DNA of 64,000 nucleotides from Pecten maximus (lineage: Eukaryota), in contig NC_047027.1 in the NCBI RefSeq assembly GCF_902652985.1, forward strand, positions 21,886,001 to 21,950,000. The letters are read 5' to 3'. The position numbers were made by a program, and so were the translations under genes. Positions 25,021 to 37,992 of this stretch are shown here, piece after piece. Under the pieces are notes generated by a model, which worked only from the letters and a program-made list of their open reading frames with translations, was not told the DNA's origin and did no database searches. Numbering within the stretch: position 1 is the first letter of the stretch; the number at the start of each line of letters is the position of its first letter.

Positions 25021-28000
25021 ATGTCTGGTACAGAGAGGAGGAGGGGACAGTCTTGTATAGAAGATGATGTTGGAAGAGAGTGAGTGTGTAATTAGTACAT
25101 GCCTGTATACATAATATACATTGCATGGAAAGACAGCTTATACTAATTGCAGTAATTACCTGGTTTCTTAGAGACACTTATTTTAATCTGGTTACCATGG
25201 TTTTGACCTGGTGACCTACTTTGTTACCCTGGTTTTAACCTGGTTACTTCAGTATCAAGTTGGTTTCCCTGGCTTTTACATGGTAACCTCAGTAATATCT
25301 TGGTTAACCTGGTTTTAACCGGATAACCTCATAATTAACCTGGTTACCTTACAATTAACTTGAGTTACACAGGGATTGTTCTGCATACTTCTGTAACACC
25401 ATTAAGATTATGCAGCCGTTCTTTGAGAAAATGAATTATATTTACCGAGATAATAAACAATGGATAATTCAGAAACATGATGAACGCCTCCATCCATCAT
25501 AAATATGAGCAAGAGATAGGTTTGTCTCCATAGCAATGCGTCCCTGGCTACCAGTGTAATGGCCACCCCAATAACATGGTCGTATTCCAGTGGTAGAACA
25601 TTGAGATGTTGCCATCGGAAACTGTTCCAATTATTGAATGATAACATATAAGTATGGGGGATGTGGTCCCTGGGTATATCTTAATGTAACGTTAGGGCTG
25701 TACATCGGTCGTTCCAGCTCACTCCACGCTAATTAGCGCTATTGTTGCCGCTACAACAACAATCCATGCATCAGAAATACAATCATTAACGTAATGGCCG
25801 GGTTTGGTACAAAACGCGCATCACTTAGATAAAACAATCCAGCCATCGACAACATGTGGCTGGAAATGGTCCCCCACTTAAGTGACCAGTCGTAAAAAAT
25901 ATTCTCAAACAGGTTGGTCGGGAAAAACTCTCCCCAACAATCATCGAACTGGAATGGGGACAGGTCTTGTTCGGTCAGTGGGTACAGATATGAATCATTT
26001 AATTATATTCGTAGAAAACAATGGACAAGTTTCAGTGGACATATGGTACTGAGTGTTGTGTAGGAATGGTAACACTCAAACAGCGGCACCGTTTTACCTT
26101 TTCGTTGGATGTTCGTACTTACCTACACATGTAATGCACATGCTCCATTACATGCGGTATTTAAATAGCATAGAAACACACAAAAAATGTAAGAATTGAA
26201 ATATGCCAGAAATATTGGAAATATATTTCCGGTGACTTGTATTACATATGGAGCTTGCAATTGCTTTGGTGGCAGACATTTATATATAACTGAGCTTTTT
26301 CTTGTGTTCCAGTATTGAATTAAGTTTTTTGTGACGATGAGAGATTTGTCTTTTACTGAAACCTCTATTTATCCTTAAACTTTAAAAAGTGGACATGTTA
26401 TAAAAAAGGGAAACCTGGGGGAAGTAATTAATCTGTGTTTAATGTTGTGTAAGGAGACTAGCTAACACTTCAAACGTTTTTATGACCCGAACTTATCTGA
26501 TGATTTACAAGCACCTCACTGATGGTGAGCAGATACCTTGACAAACATATGTTGTGAGAAAGTTGTATGAAAGATTTAATTTATAAACCAAGTAAGATGT
26601 AAGAGAAAGTTTGATTGAACAGATCTGTGTAACAAGGTCAAAGGTGAAATATCCGGAAGATTATAATCAAAGACCTAGAATGTTCTTGTAATATCTGTAC
26701 GTTTTTTTAGGAAGTTTTTTTCATCCTTTTACCCCCATCAGTTTAATTTGGAAAGATCCAGGTTAATTACAGGCAGGGTTTAATGTGTGAATTTAGGGGT
26801 GTGGAGGATGCTGATAGGGCTGTGTAATTAGCGTAGTAGTATTACCAGGCTGGTGATAGTATGCTACCCAACTATGTCGTAATGGCTCCAGATTTATCTA
26901 GCCTATTATCAAAAATGAAATATAACAAAACACAGTTTGATAAGAAGGAATTAAGTCTATATAGAACTGGAGCCCAGGGTGTCTCGCAAACGTAGATACG
27001 AACTGCCGGCCACTGTTCAGAGTTGATCTGCCTCTTAACGCAATAATGATTACATGTTAACATCAGGAGTCTACGTTAGGCAGAATCTGTCTGGTTAGAT
27101 TATTTCCATCACTTTAAAATTTTCTTTATGAATTTAAACGGAATATGTTAGACACTATATAGGTCCGATAGACTAAGAGACCCCAGGGTCGACAATATAT
27201 TTGGTATGAATCAAGTTTTACTATTTATGTTACGGCTAGATGTTCCGACTCTAGTCCTAGAGCGTCGAGTATATAGCCCTACTGATATACATATAATATC
27301 CATCCCTCCTTCCTCTTCAGTTGAGTAATCTTTTTTGCCTGGGGCTATTTTCGTTTAAATTTTTTAGATGATGAAATCAAGATAGCTTTACAACACATTT
27401 TAAGCACTTCGTTCTAAGCTTATAGTGAAAGGTCGGTCAATTTAAATGGATTATCTACATGTTGGTAGATATCTCCAGTGAAATTTTACAGGACCAGGGG
27501 CTGAAAAATGAAATTATCATGTGGGATAACATCAGGTTGAAATACCAATTCGAGGGCGATAGGGAGATTTTTTTACATTTATTTAAAGAGGCACTCCCCG
27601 GAATTACTATTTAGAATTAACCCAAGCACAGGGGATCTATATATATGTATTCCATATAGATTTTCTGGCAGATTTAGCTTTTGTTTGATTTTTAGACCTT
27701 TCAGTTTCAGATTAGGTAAAATTGTTCGGAGTTTTTACTATGAACCATTTTTTATGTTGACAACCTAGGGATATATAAACCGTATTTATCCTCATAAACA
27801 CTTTTCTGTCTGTCAGCATTACAGTAATATTCATAAACGCGTAACCAGTTTCAAGTTACTGGTATCAAATCTCCCTATATTCTCGTTCCCTAGAGTATCT
27901 CGCCATCCATGGCCAGTCATTGTTACATTTACCAACAACTGTTTTTATTGTCGTTCGTTAAATAATATTTGTCAATATTCACCTGGGAAAAATGTAAAAA

Positions 28001-28994
28001 ACATATAAAAAATCAATAATAGCAATTTCAAAGATATGAATGAATGCATATTAAAATTTAATACTGTTTTTTTATGCAGAAAAACTGGAGAATGCTTAAA
28101 ATGTACTCTATATGCATATGCGTGATATTATGTGACATTAATCAGGATTTGAGATATTTTCAATATAAAAAAATAAAATATAATAACAGATTAAAATTTG
28201 ATAAATACATGAGTATTTAAGATTTTAAAAAATTCTGTTGAAATTCATCTAGAATTAAAGTTTTGTAAATGATTTTCAAGCTTACGAGGTGACGATTGAA
28301 TAGATTAATTGGAGGTATCACCGTTAGGTAACCAATGTACATTGATCGTTTATCTATTATTCATAATTTAGTCATTCACAGTCGATTGCCTTGCCAATTC
28401 TGGGTGCATAGTTAATATCATTGAACAGGAGTGTACATTATGTTGTAGCTATCAGCTGAGAAATCATAAACGCTCGTTGAGTAGTCGTAATCATTGAACC
28501 GTGAATTACAGATACACTGTATGACTATATAGTCGATCATATTTTGGGGAGACAAGCAATTACGGTCTTATAAATGACGGATCTATATTTAACAAAACAT
28601 ATATATTATAGAGTTAACAGTGTTGTAATATTGCAGACGTAAAGTCATTTTTTATTAATTTTAAGTAATTATGATCATAAGCTTTATTGATTTAGCTGTT
28701 TAATTTAGCATGTACAATACACATATAGTATGTGTGATTGATTGGGGTATAGGGTTGTAACTCCAGGGACAAATTGATATATGCACATAACTGCACAGTA
28801 CATTTTAATGAAAATTGCTGACATGACACAAATTGCAAAATTTATTGAAATATTGGCGATCTAACGTTCCTGAAATCTATTGATTATATAATATTTGAAT
28901 TCTAAATGCATTGTTTGCCTATACCAACTCAAATTCAAGACCAACTAATGTTTTTTATGCTCAAAATCGTTAGTATTCTTATGTTACATTGAAA

Positions 28995-29300
28995 AGTTGA
29001 AAATGGTTGGAAAGTATATATGTATAGACAGTATGGTTATGAAAGGGATGGAGAGTATTTTTTTCATGGAAAATTGGAGAGTATACTTTTATGACGTGAT
29101 TGAAGTATGCTGTATCAGTAAGTAAACCTGGTATATATATATATATATCTATACGTACATTTCAACAAGATTTAGAGAATACAAATGTATAATTTTATGA
29201 ATGGGTTGGAGAATACATGTATATTGTTTCTATAGAAGGTTAGAGATTATGCTTTTATGAATGGATGGACAATTTTTTATGAAGGATTACAAAGTATAAT
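28995..29300. repeat. Decayed ~27 bp minisatellite
   Basis: Recurring TTTTATGAA.GG.TTGGAGAGTAT-like units. Confidence 0.55.
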
Positions 29301-31764
29301 TCTTGGTACTGGAAGCTACTTCCATTAAAAGGACAAGGCCCCTATAGTGGAAACAGGACCTTGCCCAATAATAATGTTGATTTATTACATAAGGTCAGAG
29401 AAGACCTCAACTTGGCAATCCAACTCTTTGACACCAGGAGCAAGCCCCTGTATAATTAATTCATTGTGACTGTTAAAAATGCAGAAAGCCAGCAATGTCT
29501 TCCTTTTGTCCACAGTTTTTCACAATATCATTGCGCTGCTGAAGCGTGTTTCTCGGTTATATTGCCATTTTTGTCATCTGCTCTGTATTGATAGTCTCAA
29601 GTCACAGCAGGTGAAAACATCGCGACACCAGCTGATATAGACCAAGTACAGAAAAGTAGTCGTGGACTTTGAACTCAAGGGAACTGATGTACTTTTATAT
29701 ATATATATATTTCATATTAATAGTGTTTGTACATAATATGGTGCATAAATTAAACCAATATTTATGATTATGTCGACGTGTGATAATAGTTTATTGGGCG
29801 GCTATATTGGCAGATGTACTTTCTAAATTTGTTTTCATTCAAAACTCTGTATAAATGTAGAGTATAGAATCATCATGAATATAATGGTAACAGATCAATA
29901 TTGAAGTTTATTAGCAATAAATATATATGTGTGTATGACCTTTTGACCTAATGTGATATATATGTACGCAGGAGACAGTCAATGATCACAACAGGGTGTG
30001 TGATTAAGCATTTGGGATAGAACATGGTTGCAGGGCGAGTCTGTGTAGTAAATTGAATTTGTAAGGCAATCAAAAGAACATAAAACTCTTGTATATATTC
30101 ATATGATATATGCTTGATGCATTGAGTAATGGACATTTCGTTATAAAACTTTCCATAAAATTAAAAATTATTTGGGAATTATTGAGCTCGCGGGTTATGT
30201 TCAGATGTAGGAGTAAACATTAATACAGCCCTATACATATATTACGAATGTATACAGATATTGACATGTGTCAGAGGACACGTGTCAACACGTGTCACTA
30301 AAAGTCTTGTTTCCTGTTTAGTAGGCTGTGGGTGTACATTAGTATCGGACAGTTATGTCCATCCCGGCCACCTTCTCCATCCAGCATGTCAATACTGACC
30401 ATTGTGTGGTCAGTCCATTGGGGTGGTCAAGACTTCGTGTTATATCTGTATAATAGTAATAATTCATGCCATTACTTATTGACTAGATTTTAATGGCATT
30501 TCTGATTTTGTCCTGTTTGACATATTTGCCTCATGTTGTCCTAACGTTTGACATCTCTTGGACTCTTGGTGTTCGTCATTGTGATTCTGACATTGTCTTT
30601 TGGGATCTGTTTTGATTTTGCCCCTGTACTGGTCAAATACTTGCTGCTTCCTATCAACTCAGACTTAGAGTATCTGATGATCTGCCTAGGATTAAACCAC
30701 CAACTCTTAATGTATAAGTTTTTCCTTTAAACTATTTTGACACTTAGAAGTAATTATTGTTAATCAAACTATTGTCATATTTTTCTATGAAAACATATTG
30801 ACCTTAAAGATATATTTGACATTAATCAAACAATTAAATATACTTTAACACTATTTAAAATATAGTTAAAATCTTGTTGGTAATTTGATTCTTTCAAAAT
30901 ATTTGGATATTAGCTGTTATTAATTCTTATCAAACTATTGTCTTTTTTAATTCTATCAAAACATTTGGACATAAGTGGTAATCAATTCTTTTTAAACCAT
31001 TTGTTATTTTATTCTATCGAAACATTAGGGTATCTATGGTAATTTTCTAATAATCATGATCTGATGAATGTTTGTAACTAAGTGTTATAAGCTCTGGCCA
31101 TTATAGATCCTACATAACCTAACTTCTCATTACCCCACACTGACCAGTGCCAGGTAGCCCTGTCCATTAGTGGTGATGTAATGGTCAGTAACAGCTCCTG
31201 CCAGTGAGAGGTCAGCTACACATTGTCCAGTCAGAAATACTGACCATTGTGTAACTGATCCATGTAGCTCCACATGAGCCCTCCCTGACACTGATAGGGA
31301 AATCTACTCCCACAATATTTTATAGACACTATATAGTCTAGCCCTTGTCTATAGAATATTAAATTATCTCATCTAGTTTATTGAAGCAAGACTTCCAGGT
31401 CCCAGTCTCAATGCCCTGTCATGTTGAGCTGATATTTTTTTCAGAATTTATTTTGAGTAGAATTTTAATTTCACAAATAAAAAATCAATTTTAAAAGGCT
31501 TAAGCATACATTGATATCTATATTTGTTTTCAAAGATTCTGTTTTGTTTTATACTTTTAAAAATGTTAATTGTCAGTTTTAATTTGGGATCTAGTCATAT
31601 TGTTTTGGGTTGAGTTTGACATGGGAATGTATACCATACACATGTATTGCATGTTGGCATTTACATGGCACACAAGGCAGATGGTATAGTTATTTATAGT
31701 TCCCGAGGGAGTTACCAGCCCTTCTGTAGACATGTAGGTATGTGTACACATGCTTTCCATGTCT

Positions 31765-32280
31765 GCATCTTTCTCTCGATCTGTGTCATGGTCTGTCTGT
31801 TCTCTGTTTCTTCATCAACATGCTATATCTTTCTCTCTAACACTTTCTTGATCTCTAATTCTTTCTATCCATCTGTTTATCCAGAGACTTATATAACTAA
31901 ATATCTCTGGTTTATCTAGTTCTCTGTATCTTTTTGTTTATCCTTTTATTTCTTTTTCTCTCCATCATGTTTTATTCTCTAATTCTTTCTACCTATAAAT
32001 CTCTATCTTTTTCTTTGTTTGTCTGTCTTTCTTGCTCTCATTATCAAGTTCTTATAGTCTATGATACTTTCTGTCTATCAATAAGTATATCTTTCTCTTT
32101 TTGTCTATTTCTTTTTCTTTCTATCACTAGTCTCTCATTCTTTCTGTCTATCTATAAGTCTCGCTATCTTTCTCTTTTTGTCTATATTTTTCTGTCTTTC
32201 TCCATCTCTACCTGCCAGACCTTCCTTGTTTTTCCACTGATTGTCTATATATATATATATATGTATATATATGGAATATA
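31765..32280 (+). repeat. CT-rich low-complexity tract ending in (TA)n
   Basis: TCT/TCTA/TCTG-rich sequence; the F/S/L-rich ORFs here are compositional. Confidence 0.85.
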
Positions 32281-32734
32281 ATTAAGTTTGTAGAGAAAGT
32301 AAATAATAAATAATTAAGTTGATTGTGTAGGCCAATAATAACCCTATAATATAGAAAGCATTAAACTTAAACATTGAATTAAACAGTTGGTATATAATAG
32401 AAAACTGAGATTTCCCTGATGTGATGGGAGTGATGTATGGTCAAGTGAGGGGGCCGGTGGTCAGTCCTCCGGTGGCCGTATCCCCTCAGATGAGTCATGT
32501 CCTGTCCATCTGGTACGTCCACAAGGACGGACAGCTCATTATCAAGACGGACATGGGTGCAGGGGACGGACATGGGTGCAGCTAGGTGGTCCTTCTCATT
32601 CTGTTGTTGAACTCCATATGAGCTAGATATCACCAATTCATTGTGTAATGTTTGGTACATAGAGGAAGTACGTAGAGGAAGTCGTGTCGCTTGTGAATGC
32701 AGTCCTGTCTCTCATGTGACAGATCATATGGTTG

Positions 32735-32985
32735 CACAGCTTACTGGGGATATGAAAGAATGGTAGCTAGATCATCACCACGCCAGAGACCCAAGTTCGA
32801 ATCCTGTCGGTGTCAAGTTTTCCCTTATCTCTGCAGTCTTGGTCATGTTATTGTCTATAAAACACGAGTACATTTGTCAAACAACAGAGCTGTCACTCGA
32901 CTTACTTGGGGATATGACCACATCACCACACCTCACCACCCCAGAGACCCTGTCCCAGGTTCGAATCCCGACCGTGTGATTTTCC
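32735..32985 (+). mobile_element. Diverged dimer of tRNA-SINE-like heads
   Basis: Two units CTTAC(T)TGGGGATATGA..CACCAC.CCAGAGACCC..GTTCGAATCC, with B-boxes at ~32794 and ~32958. Confidence 0.45.
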
Positions 32986-34699
32986 TGCTCTAATTCATAT
33001 ATCAGGACTTGTCCATATAACCTGTAGGTTGTCCGTGAAATAGTGTGTACTCGGAGATGTCATTGTCCACAAAGCCCGAGTATACTTGACAATCTGTTTT
33101 AATGAACATGGTAAATAATTGTGAAGCATGTTGAAGCTGTCTGAGATTTACTCAAATATAACGATGATGGCACTTCAAAGGGACCATGTAAGTGGAATCG
33201 GTAACATTTGTCGTTTAAAGGTATTCTGTTTACTTCAAGTTTATGGTCGGATCACAAAAGTACGTAAATGTGTTTATTTGACCATATATCTACATTCAGT
33301 GTTAACGGTCAAACACTCTTGTTTACAGAATCAATTTAAATATCTTTAGAAATTGGACAGTGATCGGGGTAGGTTAGTGACTAGAGTATCCATGTTGTCC
33401 AAAGTGCTCAGTCTGGTCAGCTTAAGACGTTAGTCAACTTCAAAACCAATGTTTCGTGATCTATAGAAAGGCCTGCTATATTGCAATAACTATCTGCCTT
33501 CATACACAAATATTAATATAACTTTCTACATATATACATTTGTATGAAATTTGTTATCTTTCTTGTGTGAGGATTTTGGAGAACTGTTATGATGGTGGAA
33601 ACATGTTGACCATTTTAAGACCACAGGAAATTGAAGAAGATGAAAGTTTCATGGATGGTTATTGAGTAGTCTTTATTTTCAAATATTGATATTGTTTTTG
33701 TTGGTCAAGATGTAAATTGGCATAATTATTGCAGCGTTTCTGTCAGAATCTATTCGCTTCTACCTGAAACACTGAGCATATCCTCCCTTGGCAGAGTCAG
33801 TCCCTTTAAGCTAACCAGTTGGAGTGATGGGGTCTGTGTGTAGTGGTCAGAGTCCGGCCTATCCTGTCTCAAGTAGGGGTCATAACAATGTTGTGATTTT
33901 ATTTGGAGAGAAAATATTTTTACACGTTGCTGTATTGTACCTTTGAGAGACTGTTAATGAAATCTAGAAGCGTTACGTTATTGACGATTGTACTGTCGTC
34001 AGTCGGGGTGGACATATACTAGGGTGTGTCATTTAAACTCAATAAAAAGTTAGAGTTTGGTACGATTAGGACATATGAGAATGGCTATTTCCGAATTACT
34101 TTCATTTCTTATTGAACTGTTCTCGTGTCATAATTGTATTCATAAGATTTGATGCTCTCTTTTCGTGGAGGTGTGAAAGCTTGGACACCTGGGTTTAAAA
34201 GCTTCAGAATTCTTCAGGAATATGTCAATCAGGTTTACGGGAATTTAATTTTCTCTTTTTCACGGCGGTAAAGATGTGTACAATAATACGATAGCCTGCA
34301 GAGTTCCTTTTCACAGCCTGTATCGGCTCATAGATATCATAGCGTGTTTATATGCTTAAATTAGCATTAGACCCTGTTGGGTGAAAAAATAAACTATTGG
34401 AATTGACTGGTTAATGTTTTGGTTGGAGATGGTAGCAACACTGTGCCTTATGTAAAATATGTTTACACTTTTTTCATGGGAAGAGAGTCTGTATGGCAGG
34501 CTATATAGTGCTGGGTAATCTAATTACCTAGACTGACTTAGATGTTATATAAACAACAGCGACTGTTTAAACATCAGCTAGGGGGTATATATACTGGTAC
34601 AGTAACTGTAGGGTTTGGACTAGCACTGTGAAGTTGGTTACAGTCCTATTTTCTGGGCTCAATTTCTGTTTTCTGACAAAATCATGATAAATCTTGGAC

Positions 34700-35012
34700 C
34701 ATTGACCTCTAGTGAATCTAAATTTGACCTCTGTAGACTTCTGACCTTTGAAGACTTTTAACCAGAGTATATATATGCAACCTCTGAGATCATGTGACTT
34801 TTGTTGTCATTTGACCTCTGTAGAAATGTGACCTCTTTAGACATTTGACCTCTGTAGTCTTATGACCTCTAGATATTTGTGGACATGTGACCTCTATAGT
34901 GTTGTGATTTCTGTGGAAATGTGACCTCTTTAGACATGTGACCTCTGTAGACATGTGACCTTTTTGACGTCTGAACTCCGTGACGAAGGTGACATTTGTA
35001 GAGAATTGACCT
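34700..35012. repeat. Decayed minisatellite / TGACCT cluster
   Basis: About a dozen (A)TGTGACCTCT or TTGACCTCT motifs at short spacing. Confidence 0.8.
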
Positions 35013-37680
35013 TTACAACAAATTGATTTTCATAGACAAGTGACATACATATTTAGGAAAAGATAAAAAATTGCAGAATGAGTGAAAAGAAAAGTTAGTA
35101 ACTTGTGAATCTCTTTGATTATTAGTATGTAGTGTTGCTGGTGACCAGAATTTGTATAGGTGACAGTGACAGATTGGGTCCACGCTTAGAGATTGTATGA
35201 TTTTAGTGTCCAGTCTTACTTTGGACATGTAAACACTGACCACAGGACATTACTGACCATCAACTGAGGTCCCAAGAGTATTGTAGACCAACAGTTTATT
35301 ACCTCCCCACCCACACTTACGTAAGTCCCATGCTGCCATGGAAACACATTAGCTACCTAATGAATATTTTAAATGTTGACCTAGGGTCAATTAAGCCCAC
35401 ACTTCCTGCTTGACCGTGTGTGTTTAGTGGACATTGATGTCATTTTGACCCATAAGTAGGGGGAAAGGACCAGACATCTTATTGTAGGGGCTGGAATCTG
35501 TGATCCTTCTGGGACTTTAGGGCCGGGCTGGTAAATGGGTTAAGATTACCACCTTAACAGAAGGAGATAAAATGGGGTTATTTCTCTCTTAATACCTCTC
35601 ACAGAACTCCCAGATGAGTTTTACATTGTCCTGGGGTAAACAGCTTGAGGAAAAGGGTCAGTATAAAAAGGGGCCAAAGGGGAAAGAATATTATGGGGCA
35701 AAGGTATATTGGTTATATATATACAGCAATAAATCACGAGGTGGCATAGGCATTAAAAGAATTTTCAAGCATTCAGATGCAGATTTAAATGAACATGAAG
35801 CATACAGCAAAGTATATGCAAGACAAACATTTTGATGATTCAGATTCAATTTGAACCTGAAGCATATGGCACAGTAGGACAAACATTTGGAGGATTCAGA
35901 CTCAAATTAACTTGTATACTAACAACTAAGTATGCTGGGATCAAACTAATTACGCTCATTAGCCAGTTTGGAATAAATATGTGAATGCTTTGGATCTAAA
36001 CCTACTTGTAACTGACAGGCATGTGAACAACTCCCAAGCTGCCAACGAGCCTTGTAATAGGGAACAAGGAAATTACCACTTCTTAAATATAAGGAGTCTA
36101 AAGTACACTTAGGTTTTACCGTGATGTTATGTCACAGCCCCACCCCTCAATCTCCTGGGTCCTGTGACTTTGTAAATAACAATACAGTTCTAAGGTTAAA
36201 TGTCAAAGATGTTGAAAACCAATCTATAACAGTCTTGATGTTCCTATTACACATCATGCTATCAGTATTAAATTCAGTTAAGGAAAAATTCATCTCCCTT
36301 TTAACTGGCACAAGGTTGTCTCCCCTGTCTGTAGACACTTCGGTCATCACATTTGACAAAGAGGGTGAAGGGAAAGGTGGAATGAGGGTTTGGGATTTAC
36401 TCTGACAAAGGAACCTGGAGGAAAATTTGGGGTTTACTATGACAAAGGGACTTGGATGAAGATGCAGCGTCTGTAGAACTGTTTCGGATGGGCCCATGAT
36501 GATTGTTATAATCTCATCCTCATCGCCATGAATGGTTCGTGATTATTATAGGGACCAATTCATTGTCTAACTGTCATATCAAGGACCTGAGATCTCGGTT
36601 AAAAAAAACAAAACTCAGACAAGATTATAATTAAAATTGATAATTGGGACCTTCTCAAGCATGTTGTTCTAAATCGGCCATAATTGCATTAAGAACCTAA
36701 TTATCAATCCTGGACACTGTTTTACACAAGACAGGAAGAAATCAGCGTTGATTTGTCGGGTATTTAGACTAGGCCGAATCAATGAACTGCCTCTCAAGGT
36801 TTAAACCCAAGATAAAGAACATACCCAGTGGATTTCTGGTCCTGCCTTAAAATGACAGATGTTGATGGAGTGATAGACCCTTGCTTCCCTCCCTGTGACA
36901 TTAGAACGATCCAATTCAAACAAATGGAGAGTTCATTTTAGGAATAAATGGGGATGTACTTGAATCATTAAGATTTGTCTGTTGATAAGAGTCTTCCACT
37001 GTCCATAGTTAAAAATCTGTATCGTTATGATTTCTTAAGTGTTTTTTTATTCATTTTTCAATGCCAATTTCAATGTAAAAGACCAGTAAATTATTTCTGA
37101 AAAAGGGACAAATTTCAGAAGACCAGAAAATAACCAGGATGACAATTACAAGTTTGTGACACATTTATCCTATCTGTACTGGGTATAATTATATTGTTGA
37201 TGCGGACAAAATACAACAATCTAGTCGTCCTTGTGTTCAGGACCTTGCCCCGAGGCTACTACTGAGGAATTAGTGTAAATAGGAGACAATGAATTATTGA
37301 TAGAGGTAGAGAGTCAGAGTTACTGCTACTGATTGAGGCTTTCTTCATTGAACCTTCCTCTGTTTAATTGATAGAGTCTGTCTGCAGCAGGACACTTTGT
37401 TTTAGATAATTGTCCATTTGTGGTGTCACCACTGACCATACTGACCAGTTAGCCATGACCCTGGTCATCAAATGTTGGCTAATTCAAGGTCTTTCTCTGT
37501 TGACAAGAAAATAGAGAGATATTTGCATTAAGATATTAATGATGCATGGCACCTGTGATATATGCATCTCCATTTCCAAAAGAGTTCCTGAATATAAAAC
37601 CTGTCTGATATGAATGGTAATAGACTTTATAGTTAACAAAGAAAGGAATATAAAAGTTGGCAACAAATTTGAAAAATATG

Positions 37681-37992
37681 TACACATTTGAAGGCAAAAA
37701 AGGAAATGTCAACAAATTTCAAAGGAACACAAAAACTGATGACAGATTTTAAAGGAACAAAAAAAGTGATGACATATTTGAAAGGAACACAAAAACTGGT
37801 GACAAATTTCAAAGGAACAAAAAAAGTGATGACATATTTGAAAGGAACACAAAAACTGATGACATATTTGAAAGGAACACAAAAACTGGTGACAAATTTC
37901 AAAGGAACAAAAAAACTGATGACAAATATCAAAGGAACACAAGAACTGATGACATATTTTAAATGAACACAAAAACTGGTGACAAATTTGAA
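37681..37992. repeat. Minisatellite, 30 bp unit (~10 copies)
   Basis: Unit GACATATTTGAAAGGAACACAAAAACTGAT; the KGTQKLMT ORFs are read-throughs. Confidence 0.95.

Noticed and set aside
33040-33120. TACTCGG..CCGAGTA hairpin resembling Crypton-type non-autonomous repeats; other possible MITE relics at 4915-5160, 27780, 40235-40590, 41272-41372 and 41660-41830
   Set aside because: Too degraded to define both ends without a repeat library.
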